Shown one piece after another: positions 16,838 through 24,720 of a stretch of 64,000 bases of DNA. This DNA is from an uncultured Alphaproteobacteria bacterium (GTDB lineage: Bacteria > Pseudomonadota > Alphaproteobacteria > Rhizobiales > Kaistiaceae): NCBI GenBank assembly GCA_963782395.1, contig CAWAJQ010000003.1, positions 71,364 through 135,363 of the forward strand. Reading direction: 5' to 3'. A program made the translations under genes and the position numbers. Position 1 is the first letter of the stretch; each line of letters starts with the position of its first letter. The notes under the pieces are model-generated. The model was not told the DNA's origin and searched no databases. It saw nothing but the letters and a program-made list of their open reading frames with translations.

Positions 16838-18922
16838 ATGAAGAGCCTGAGGCCGCCGGTGGCGGAAAAGCGGCCGTCTACGTACACGCACCACGGTATT
16901 GTACGTACGGACGACTATGCCTGGCTACGCGCCGACAACTGGCGCGAGGTGATGCACGACCCGTCGGTGCTGGCGGCGGACATCCGCGCCTATCTGGAAG
17001 CCGAAAACGACTACGCCGCGGCCGCGACGGCCGATGTCGAGGACCTGCGGCAGACGCTCTTCGGCGAGATGCGCGGGCGGATCAAGGAGGACGACTCCTC
17101 CGTACCGATGCCGGACGGCGACTATGCTTATGCCACCCGTTTCGAGGAAGGCGGCGAGCATCCGCTGGTGGTGCGCACGCGGCGCGACGGCAGCGACGAG
17201 AAAGTGCTGCTCGACGCCCATGCCATGTCCGAGGGCCTCGCCTATTTCCGTCTCGGCCACTTCGCCCACAGCAACGACCACCGGCGGCTGGCTTATTCGG
17301 TGGACGACAAGGGCGCGGAGTATTTCACCATCCACGTCCGCGATACGGAGACAGGCGCGGACCTCGCCGACCGCATCGAGGGCACCACCGGCGATGCGGT
17401 GTGGGCGAGCGACGGCAATACCTTCTTCTATGTCTGGGTGGACGAGAACCACCGGCCGGCGCGGGTCTTCCGCCACGCCGTCGGCACCGAGCAGTCGGCC
17501 GATGTCGTCGTCTATGAGGACCGGCATCCGGGCTATTTCATCGGCATCGGCGAGACCCAGTCGCGCCGCTTCGTCACCATCGCGACCCACGACCACGAAA
17601 CCTCGGAACTGCGCGTGCTCGACGCCGGCCGGCCGGACGATACGCCGCGCCTCATCGCCCGGCGCAGAAAAGCCGAGGAGTATCACCTCGACCATGGAGA
17701 CGACCGCTTCTTCCTGCTCACCAATGCCGACGGGGCGGAGGACTTCAAGATCGTCACCGCGCCGCTCACCAAACCCGGCCGCCGCGCCTGGCGCGACCTG
17801 ATCCCGCATGTTCCGGGCCGGCTGATCCTCAATTTCACGGTCTACAAGGATTTTCTCGTGCGGCTGGAGCGCGAGGGCAGCCTGCCGCGCGTCGTCATCC
17901 GCCACCTCGCCACCGGCGAGGAGCACGCCATCGCCTTCGACGAGGAAGCCTATTCGCTCGGCGTGCTGGACGGCTTCGAATTCGACACGACGGTGCTGCG
18001 CTTCACCTATTCGTCGATGACCACGCCGACCCGCGTCTACGACTACGACATGGCGACGCGCGAGCGCGTGCTGCGCAAGGAGGACGAGATCCCCTCCGGC
18101 CATAACCCGGCCGACTATGTGACGCGGCGCGTCTTCGCGCCGACGCAAGACGGCGAGACGGTGCCGGTCTCCCTGCTCTACCGCAAGGGCACCAGGCTCG
18201 ACGGCAGCGCGCCCGCCCTGCTCTACGGCTACGGCTCCTACGGCATGACCATCCCGGCCGCGTTCAGCGTCAGCCGCCTGTCGCTGGTCGACCGCGGCTT
18301 CGTCTATGCCATCGCCCATATCCGCGGCGGCAAGGCCAGGGGCTACCGCTGGTACGCGGACGGGCGCCGCGAGAAGAAGGTCAACACCTTCAATGATTTC
18401 ATCGCGGCGGCTGGCTATCTGATTCAGGAGAAGTTCACCGCCGAAGAGCGCATCGTCGGCTGGGGCGGCTCGGCCGGCGGCCTGCTGATCGGCGCCGTCA
18501 CCAACATGGCGCCCGAGCTTTTCGGCGGCATGATCGCCGAGGTGCCTTTCGTCGATACGCTCAACACCATGCTCGACGACACGCTGCCGCTGACGCCACC
18601 GGAATGGCCGGAATGGGGCAACCCGATCGAGAGCGAAGAAGACTATCGCGTCATCGCCGCCTATTCGCCCTATGACAACGTCACGGCGCGCGCCTATCCG
18701 GCGATCCTGGCGCTGGGCGGCATCTCCGATCCGCGGGTGACCTATTGGGAGCCGGCCAAGTGGATCGCGAAGCTGAGGGCGCTCCGAACCAACGACAAGC
18801 TGACGATCCTCCGCACCAACATGGATGCCGGCCATGGCGGCGCCTCGGGCCGCTTCGACCGGCTGCACGAAACTGCCTTCGCCATGGCCTTCGCGCTCAA
18901 GGTGGTCGGGCTGATGGCATAA
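16838..18922 (+). CDS. ptrB: Oligopeptidase B (protease II), S9 family serine peptidase
   Basis: N-terminus PPVAEKRPSTYTHHGIVRTDDYAWLR. GGSAGGLL nucleophile elbow. C-terminal NMDAGHGGASGRFD. An alternative upstream ATG lies at 16787. Confidence 0.9.
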   Translation: MKSLRPPVAEKRPSTYTHHGIVRTDDYAWLRADNWREVMHDPSVLAADIRAYLEAENDYAAAATADVEDLRQTLFGEMRGRIKEDDSSVPMPDGDYAYATRFEEGGEHPLVVRTRRDGSDEKVLLDAHAMSEGLAYFRLGHFAHSNDHRRLAYSVDDKGAEYFTIHVRDTETGADLADRIEGTTGDAVWASDGNTFFYVWVDENHRPARVFRHAVGTEQSADVVVYEDRHPGYFIGIGETQSRRFVTIATHDHETSELRVLDAGRPDDTPRLIARRRKAEEYHLDHGDDRFFLLTNADGAEDFKIVTAPLTKPGRRAWRDLIPHVPGRLILNFTVYKDFLVRLEREGSLPRVVIRHLATGEEHAIAFDEEAYSLGVLDGFEFDTTVLRFTYSSMTTPTRVYDYDMATRERVLRKEDEIPSGHNPADYVTRRVFAPTQDGETVPVSLLYRKGTRLDGSAPALLYGYGSYGMTIPAAFSVSRLSLVDRGFVYAIAHIRGGKARGYRWYADGRREKKVNTFNDFIAAAGYLIQEKFTAEERIVGWGGSAGGLLIGAVTNMAPELFGGMIAEVPFVDTLNTMLDDTLPLTPPEWPEWGNPIESEEDYRVIAAYSPYDNVTARAYPAILALGGISDPRVTYWEPAKWIAKLRALRTNDKLTILRTNMDAGHGGASGRFDRLHETAFAMAFALKVVGLMA

Positions 18923-19063
18923 GGCGCGCCCATGAACAACGATCATTGACGACCGCTTTTGGAACACTTGCGGACGTACCTAACCTTCAACGACCTAATT
19001 TTAAGCATGCCGTTTGCAACCGAAATAGGTTAGCCTCTGGCGGACACTTGGAGGCGTCTGCGC

Positions 19064-20197
19064 ATGGAGCTGGACGTATCTTTGCTTCCGCTGATTGGCG
19101 AGATCTACGATGCTGCCATAAATCCTGATTTCTGGAGCGCCGTTCTGCCCAAGATCGGGGCTTTTGTTGGCGGATCGGCGGGCGGCATCTTCGCGCATGA
19201 TTCTTCGCGAAGGAGCATGAGCATAGCCTATTCGTTCAACACCGATCCCGATTACCGTCGGCTCTATGTTGGCAAATATCTGACGCTCGACCCTATAGCC
19301 GGCACCTATTTCGTGCTCGACGTCGGCGAAGTCTTCAGCACGTCGACGGTCATGGCGCATGCCGAGTTTCTGCAATCGCGCTTCTATAAGGAGCTAATCC
19401 GACCCCGCGGCTGGATCGACAACATCTGCGTCTATCTCGACAAAGTGCCGGAAGGTCACACAGGGTTCGCTTTGTTTCGCAATGAACGTGAAGGTCTCGC
19501 CGACGAGCCGGCGCGCGACCGGCTGCGGCTCCTGGTTCCGCACCTTCGCCGTGCCGTGCTGATCGGCAAGCTCATCGAGTTCAAAACGGCGCAAGCCGCC
19601 ACGCTTGCCGACGCCCTCGACGGGCTGAGCGCAGCCACGTTGTTCGTTGATTCGAGCGGTCGCATCACCCACGCCAACGCCGTGGCGCGTGCCATGATTG
19701 CCGACGGCGATATCTTGCGTGCGTCGCTCGGCCGGCTCGTCGCGAGCGATCCGGAAGTCGACCGCGCATTGCGGGACATCTTTCTGGCTGCCGCCACCGG
19801 CGACGCGGCGGTTGGCGCCAGGGGCGTTGCCGTGCCGCTGGTCGGGCGTGACGGCGAACGCCATGTCGCTCATGTCCTGCCGCTCTCGTCGGGCGCACGC
19901 CGCGGCGCCGGCGTGAGTTATGCGGCAGCGGCTGCCCTGTTCGTGCAGAAGGCCGCTTTGACCACGCATTCCCCGCCCGAGGTGATCGCCAAGACATACC
20001 GGCTGACGCCGATGGAGCTGCGCGTCCTGCTGGCCATCGTGGAGGTCGGCGGGGCGCCCCAGGTCGCCGAGACGCTGGGCATCGGCGAGGGCACGGTCAA
20101 AACCCATCTGAAGCGTCTTTATGAGAAGACCGGCGCACGCCGGCAGGCGGACCTGGTCAAGCTCTTTGCCGGCTACACCAGCCCGCTGCTGGGCTGA
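19064..20197 (+). CDS. LuxR-family transcriptional regulator (N-terminal sensor-like domain plus C-terminal HTH)
   Basis: 377 aa. C-terminal LTPMELRVLLAIVEVGGAPQVAETLGIGEGTVKTHLKRLYEKTGARRQADLV. Confidence 0.8.
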   Translation: MELDVSLLPLIGEIYDAAINPDFWSAVLPKIGAFVGGSAGGIFAHDSSRRSMSIAYSFNTDPDYRRLYVGKYLTLDPIAGTYFVLDVGEVFSTSTVMAHAEFLQSRFYKELIRPRGWIDNICVYLDKVPEGHTGFALFRNEREGLADEPARDRLRLLVPHLRRAVLIGKLIEFKTAQAATLADALDGLSAATLFVDSSGRITHANAVARAMIADGDILRASLGRLVASDPEVDRALRDIFLAAATGDAAVGARGVAVPLVGRDGERHVAHVLPLSSGARRGAGVSYAAAAALFVQKAALTTHSPPEVIAKTYRLTPMELRVLLAIVEVGGAPQVAETLGIGEGTVKTHLKRLYEKTGARRQADLVKLFAGYTSPLLG

Positions 20198-20245
20198 TTC
20201 CTGCGAACCGGCGAGCGCCGGAATGCATTCCCGTCATACGGAATT

Positions 20246-20296
20246 GGGGGGCTCCCGATCGGGAGACGCGGCGCGCGCAGTCGTGGCGGTAAGCTT
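20246..20296 (+). repeat. Conserved element A1: palindrome GGCTCCCGATCGGGAGAC, a spacer, then GCGGTAAGCTT
   Basis: Shares TCCCGATCGGGAGACGCGGC (20 nt) and GCGGTAAGCTT (11 nt), with similar spacing, with A2 at 21875-21923. Confidence 0.7.
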
Positions 20297-20383
20297 AAGG
20301 GACTTCGCCATTTCCCACCGAAATCTGAGCCGGAAACGGGACACGCTCCCCGGACAACAACCAACGGTGTCGTTTGATAGGTA

Positions 20384-20668
20384 ATGTCGCCGGGAGCCAA
20401 ACGCTGCATCGGTCGCGGCACTGCAGAGTTCAACAACGGCGTTCAGAATCCGCACATCGTCATCTGCCTCGCCAATGGCACGCGCGCGTGCTGCCAGAAA
20501 CAGTCAGACGGCGGCTACTCCTGCGGCTATTTCACCGACATCGGCCTCAACCCGGCCACCGGCCCCGGCGGCCAGGCTGGCGTCGGCGGCGCGCTTAGTC
20601 CGGGCCAGAGCTACACTCCGCCGGCTTCTTCGCTCTTTCATCTGAACCCTGGCCAAAAGGGTCAGTAG
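20384..20668 (+). CDS. Small Cys-rich protein (94 aa) with no signal peptide; the C-terminal tail is encoded by repeat B1
   Basis: High GC3 in the first ~58 codons (CIGRG...ICLANGTRACCQKQSDGGYSCGYF). The tail lies in the 150-bp repeat and has lower GC3. Weak RBS. Confidence 0.35.
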   Translation: MSPGAKRCIGRGTAEFNNGVQNPHIVICLANGTRACCQKQSDGGYSCGYFTDIGLNPATGPGGQAGVGGALSPGQSYTPPASSLFHLNPGQKGQ

Positions 20669-20710
20669 CCGCCGCTTGTTGATTCCCGTTCGTGGTTTTT
20701 GTCGCGGCTG
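20561..20710 (+). repeat. 150-bp direct repeat, copy B1
   Basis: Manual alignment to 21725-21874 gives 6 mismatches in 150 nt. Confidence 0.85.
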
Positions 20711-20780
20711 AAGCCGGCCGCGTGGCCGTGCTTCGCCGCGGCCCGACCAAGCCACGCGGCAGGTGCCAGGAAAATCCGTT

Positions 20781-21119
20781 TCATCGCGCATTCATCAGAA
20801 GGCGCCGATAGTACCAGGCGGTGCACGATGCCGACGGCTGGGTGCCCAATTGCAGGGAGGCGCCTGGCGGAAGCAGGGGACCGCCGAACGTCTTGCCGTA
20901 GTGTTTCCCGTCTCCGCTGCGAATGGCGTCGTAGCCCATCTGCGTGCCGGCGGCGATCGCTCCGGCGGTCGAATTGGTAATGACGACAATCTTTGCGTTG
21001 GCGATGTGACAGCTCAGGGCAACCTTGAGGGGCGAGGCGCTCGCCACTGGCGCAGCCGTCGCGTCGACCGTCCATGTCGTAACGGCGACGGCGGCCAGGA
21101 ACAACGCGCTTGCTTTCAT
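20781..21119 (-). CDS. Small secreted protein (112 aa, 2 Cys)
   Basis: Signal peptide MKASALFLAAVAVTTWTVDATAAP. No recognisable family. Confidence 0.55.
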   Translation of the reverse strand: MKASALFLAAVAVTTWTVDATAAPVASASPLKVALSCHIANAKIVVITNSTAGAIAAGTQMGYDAIRSGDGKHYGKTFGGPLLPPGASLQLGTQPSASCTAWYYRRLLMNAR

Positions 21120-21185
21120 TTCTGCACAATCCCGCTACACGAAGGGCCGCCACCGCAATTGACGCCGCTCATTCTCCGAATTGCG

Positions 21186-21497
21186 TCAATGGCCAGGCGA
21201 AACCTTCAGCCCGCTTGTGGGAACACGACTGATGCCACTGGAACTGGCCGCTTTCGCCAGGCACTGGTCCTCCAGCGTGTTGCAGACAGCGTAGCCATCA
21301 GCTTCGCAATACGACCCCCTTTCAGGGTGCGCCTTACAGGTGTCGTCTGTCGCATACTGGCAGTCGATCAACTGATTGGCGCAATACTGCTTGCGCTGGT
21401 CCGACCCGCGAGAGCCCGAGCCGTCGTTCGGTGCTGCGACGGCGATCTGCCCGACCACGATGAAGAGGCTCCATGCAAGTACCAGGCTTCGGATCAT
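21186..21497 (-). CDS. Small secreted Cys-rich protein (about 103 aa, 6 Cys)
   Basis: Start MIRSLVLAWSLFIVVGQIAVAAP (signal peptide) with an AAGGGAA RBS. The mature part is YCANQLIDCQYATDDTCKAHPERGSYCEADGYAVCNTLEDQC. Confidence 0.55.
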   Translation of the reverse strand: MIRSLVLAWSLFIVVGQIAVAAPNDGSGSRGSDQRKQYCANQLIDCQYATDDTCKAHPERGSYCEADGYAVCNTLEDQCLAKAASSSGISRVPTSGLKVSPGH

Positions 21498-21724
21498 GGG
21501 AGCGTTCCCTTGCAGTTGCCGGATCGCGCGCAAGACGCGAACCGCCTCCAGCCAAGATATACCGTGTCCATTCGTAGAAGCAGCCCGAAGCCTAGCGCGG
21601 CGCTGCGCCCAAGAAATAGCTGCTTTTCTTCGCGACCACTATCAGAAAGTCCGAGCCAGGATCTCGCGTGGAACTTCACGACCCGCAAATGTACGGCCGT
21701 TCAGCGAAGATCAAAATTGCCAGT

Positions 21725-21874
21725 GGCCCCGGCGGCCCGGCCGGCGTCGGCGGCGCGCTCAGTCCGGGCCAGAGCTACGCTCCGCCGGCTTCTTCGCTCT
21801 TTCATCTGAACCCTGGCCAAAAGGGTCAGTAGCCGCCGCTTAATGATTCCCGTTCGTGGTTTTTGTCGCGGCTG
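21725..21874 (+). repeat. 150-bp direct repeat, copy B2
   Basis: 96% identical to B1. In this copy the frame equivalent to the orf94 tail has no long ORF upstream. Confidence 0.85.
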
Positions 21875-21923
21875 GGGGTCTCCCGATCGGGAGACGCGGC
21901 CCACCTCGCCGCGCGGTAAGCTT
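21875..21923 (+). repeat. Conserved element A2: perfect 18-bp palindrome GTCTCCCGATCGGGAGAC, a spacer, then GCGGTAAGCTT
   Basis: Follows B2 directly and lies about 100 bp upstream of the 21989 gene. Confidence 0.7.
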
Positions 21924-21988
21924 GGCGGATGCCAACCGTGCAGCGCGAGGCTCGCGTCGGTTTGGCAACGGCCCCAGGAGGCCTCTCC

Positions 21989-22351
21989 ATGCAAGGGCTA
22001 AGGACGTCTGTCTTCGCCATTTTCATTCTTGCCGTTGCAGTCTCGGCGCTGCCAGCGCGAGGTGCCGACAACTCGGGCGGCGCGAGTCCACCTGAACAAT
22101 CGAAAGTTTGCCTTGCTCTTTATGACTCTTGCACGGCTGCGTGCACTGCTGCGGCGTTGCGTTCGATGGAAGGCGCTGTCAACGAGGATGACTGTGACCG
22201 AAAGTGCCAAAACGCGAACCACACATGCATGAATACCGGTGCTGCATTACCGGCAGGGTCAACGTCGGATAAAAAGCAGCTTGCGGCGCCTAATACACCG
22301 CCAAACAGGTTGCCCGGACAGGTGGCGAACCCTCCATCGAGCATAAGGTGA
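21989..22351 (+). CDS. Small secreted Cys-rich protein (about 120 aa)
   Basis: CAGGAGG RBS. Signal peptide MQGLRTSVFAIFILAVAVSALPARGA. Mature part CLALYDSCTAACTAAALRSMEGAVNEDDCDRKCQNANHTC. Confidence 0.6.
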   Translation: MQGLRTSVFAIFILAVAVSALPARGADNSGGASPPEQSKVCLALYDSCTAACTAAALRSMEGAVNEDDCDRKCQNANHTCMNTGAALPAGSTSDKKQLAAPNTPPNRLPGQVANPPSSIR

Positions 22352-22357
22352 GACATC

Positions 22358-22627
22358 ATGTTCCGCATGCACCTTCTCGTTGCGGCCATCGCCGCCATGG
22401 CAATTGTCACGGCCACGGGAGCCCAAGCAGGCTTCTGCAGGATCTTTCCCAAATGCTCTACTGAATATCTTTCCCATCATCACGGTTATTGCCCCCCGTT
22501 ATGTCCCCCCGCCTCGAAGTCTCCACAACGTGGTCACCCGGTTCCCGGGCACGTGACGAATCCTCCAACGAGCACCGGCGCCTCGCAAACATCGCAGCCG
22601 CAGTTGGGAACCAACAAAACCAAATAG
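22358..22627 (+). CDS. Small secreted Cys/Pro/His-rich protein (89 aa)
   Basis: AAGGTGAG RBS 6 nt after the previous stop. Signal peptide MFRMHLLVAAIAAMAIVTATGAQA. Mature part GFCRIFPKCSTEYLSHHHGYCPPLCPP. Confidence 0.55.
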   Translation: MFRMHLLVAAIAAMAIVTATGAQAGFCRIFPKCSTEYLSHHHGYCPPLCPPASKSPQRGHPVPGHVTNPPTSTGASQTSQPQLGTNKTK

Positions 22628-22636
22628 CGCCGAACA

Positions 22637-22685
22637 CCGGCCAAGTGGATCGCGAACGAGCGCGCAGTCTTTTCCATCTGAACAC
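22637..22685 (+). other. Short ptrB-derived fragment
   Basis: CCGGCCAAGTGGATCGCGAA (22637-22656) is identical to ptrB 18752-18771. It is followed by a TTCCATCTGAAC motif that resembles TTTCATCTGAAC in repeats B1 and B2. Confidence 0.6.
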
Positions 22686-22783
22686 CGAATTAACAACCGG
22701 CTCGGAATGCGTTCAGGATGGCTGCTTCAGTTTGACTACGGTCGATCGAATGGCGGTCGACATGAACAGGTGGAGGAGACTTC

Positions 22784-23323
22784 ATGCACAAGTTGATGGG
22801 CTGGGTGGTGGTACTGGTGGGGTTGGTCGGCATATCGAGCGGCGCCAGTGCAGCGACGCTGGCGCAACAGGGTTACGTCAACCTCGGCGGCGTCAATCTC
22901 ACTGCCTGGTGCCAGCACCAGTACGGCGCCGACTTCAAGGCGGTGGCTCATGGTAGTGGCGCCGGCGACTGGTCGTGCCAGCGCAACGACAACGACCGCC
23001 GGGAAATTTCCGTCACCAACGCGTGCAAGCTTCAGTACCGTGACAACAACGCCAAGGCGGAAGCGCTGGGCGGGGTGGGCTCGTGGCAGTGCTGGAAGCC
23101 GGGTCCGGTCCAGAAGGGCGTCAACCTCGACGCATGGTGCAAGCATCAGTACGGCGGCACCTTCAAGGCAGTCGTGCGCGGCAATACGGCCCTCAGCTGG
23201 GTCTGTGAAGACAGCCGCCCGGTATCGGTGAAGGATGCCTGCATCCTGCAGTACGGCAACTCGGTCACCGGGGCCAAGGCCCTGAACCCGAGAGATCCGG
23301 GCTCGTGGGTCTGCACGTTCTGA
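22784..23323 (+). CDS. Secreted protein (179 aa) made of two tandem ~70-aa four-Cys repeats
   Basis: GGTGGAGGAG RBS and a signal peptide ending SGASA. Repeat 1 is GVNLTAWCQHQYGADFKAV...DWSCQ...NACKLQY...SWQCW. Repeat 2 is GVNLDAWCKHQYGGTFKAV...SWVCE...DACILQY...SWVCTF. Confidence 0.7.
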   Translation: MHKLMGWVVVLVGLVGISSGASAATLAQQGYVNLGGVNLTAWCQHQYGADFKAVAHGSGAGDWSCQRNDNDRREISVTNACKLQYRDNNAKAEALGGVGSWQCWKPGPVQKGVNLDAWCKHQYGGTFKAVVRGNTALSWVCEDSRPVSVKDACILQYGNSVTGAKALNPRDPGSWVCTF

Positions 23324-23438
23324 AGCTGACGCGTCGGTGCCGTTCGCGGGTGACCGCGAATGGCCTGCCGCTCTTCGGCGAACGTCCCGGGACGGGCCAG
23401 GAGGCCGAGCAGCGGCATGCCGGACCGCCAGCAAAGTC

Positions 23439-23631
23439 GACTATCGCGTCAAGCCGCCTATTCGCCCTACGACAATGTGACGGCGCGCGCCTATCCGGCG
23501 ATCCTGGCGTGACGATCCTCCGCACCAACATGGATGCCGGCCATGGCGGCGCCTCGGGCCGCTTCGACCGGCTGCACGAGACCGCCTTCGCCATGGCCTT
23601 CGCGCTGAAGGTGGTGGGGCTGAGCCACTAA
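23439..23631 (+). pseudogene. Decayed duplicate of the ptrB 3' end
   Basis: Aligns to ptrB 18641-18712 and 18801-18922 at roughly 90-95% identity, with an 88-bp internal deletion (ptrB 18713-18800). It ends with its own TAA (…VVGLSH*). Confidence 0.9.
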
Positions 23632-23656
23632 GCTGTATACTCGCCGACGACGGTCG

Positions 23657-24640
23657 GTGACGCGGAGGCCCCCTTTGAAAGCGATCGATGCCCTCGAGAT
23701 CAGCATCCTGGTGGACAACCTCACCGACAGCCTGTCGTCCAACCCGTCCTTCGTGGAGACGGAGTGGGCCAGCCTGGGGCACCGGGGGGCGAAGCTGCTT
23801 TCCGGAAAGTGCCTGTGCTGCGCCGCGCATGGCCTCTCCTACCTGATCACGGCCCGCACCGGGTCCGGTGGCCGCGCGCTTCTCTTCGATACCGGGCCGG
23901 ACGAATGGGTGTTCGAGCGCAACGCGCTCAGGCTCGGCGTCGATCTCGGCACGGTCGAGGCCATGGTGCTGTCGCATGGCCACTGGGACCACAGCGGCGC
24001 CATGCCGCGCGCGCTGCAGATGATCACCCTGGCCAATGGCGGCCGCGCTGTTCCGACCTACATGCATCCCGACATGTTCGCGCTACGCGCCACCCGGTCC
24101 CGCAGCGGCAAGCTTCACCCGATGGAGCCGGTGCCGAGCATCGACGTGCTTGGCGCCAACGGCGGCGAGGTTGTCGTCACGCGCGACGAGCAATCGGTGG
24201 CCGACGACCTCTTCTACGTCAGCGGCGAGATTCCCCGCGTCAGCGCTTTCGAGATCGGATTTCGCGGCCAGGTCCGGCAGACACCGTCGGGCGACTGGGA
24301 GCCGGACGAGATCCTGCAGGACGAGCGCTTCGTGGCCGTGAACGTCGCCGGCAAGGGGCAGGTCGTCTTCACGGCCTGCTCGCACGCCGGCCTGATCAAC
24401 GTGCTCACCCAGGCGCGGTCGCGTTTTCCCGACATCCCGCTCTACGGCGTGTTCGGCGGCTTCCATCTCTCCGGTGCAACTAAATCGATCATCCCGCAAA
24501 CGGTCGACGCCCTGGCGCAATTCGGCCTCACGCTGATCGCGCCGGGACACTGCACCGGCTGGCGGGCGCTGAACGCGCTCGCCGAAGCATACGGCGACGC
24601 CGTGGTTCCCACCGCGGTCGGAAAGACGTTCAGACTTTAG
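23657..24640 (+). CDS. MBL-fold metallo-hydrolase
   Basis: 327 aa with the SHGHWDHSGA (HxHxDH) motif. The start codon (GTG at 23657) is uncertain. Confidence 0.75.
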   Translation: MTRRPPLKAIDALEISILVDNLTDSLSSNPSFVETEWASLGHRGAKLLSGKCLCCAAHGLSYLITARTGSGGRALLFDTGPDEWVFERNALRLGVDLGTVEAMVLSHGHWDHSGAMPRALQMITLANGGRAVPTYMHPDMFALRATRSRSGKLHPMEPVPSIDVLGANGGEVVVTRDEQSVADDLFYVSGEIPRVSAFEIGFRGQVRQTPSGDWEPDEILQDERFVAVNVAGKGQVVFTACSHAGLINVLTQARSRFPDIPLYGVFGGFHLSGATKSIIPQTVDALAQFGLTLIAPGHCTGWRALNALAEAYGDAVVPTAVGKTFRL

Positions 24641-24720
24641 CGCCTGGCCGTATTCCTGCGCCGCATTGGTTCGCTGCCGGCTCGTGCTAGGCTGACGCCG
24701 AGTGCCAAGCGGAGGAGCCC

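Noticed and set aside
18923-23438. Integrase, recombinase or tRNA target for the ptrB-adjacent islet.
   Set aside because: None of the ORFs on either strand shows tyrosine- or serine-recombinase or DDE motifs, and no tRNA-like sequence was seen. Mobility therefore remains unexplained rather than supported.
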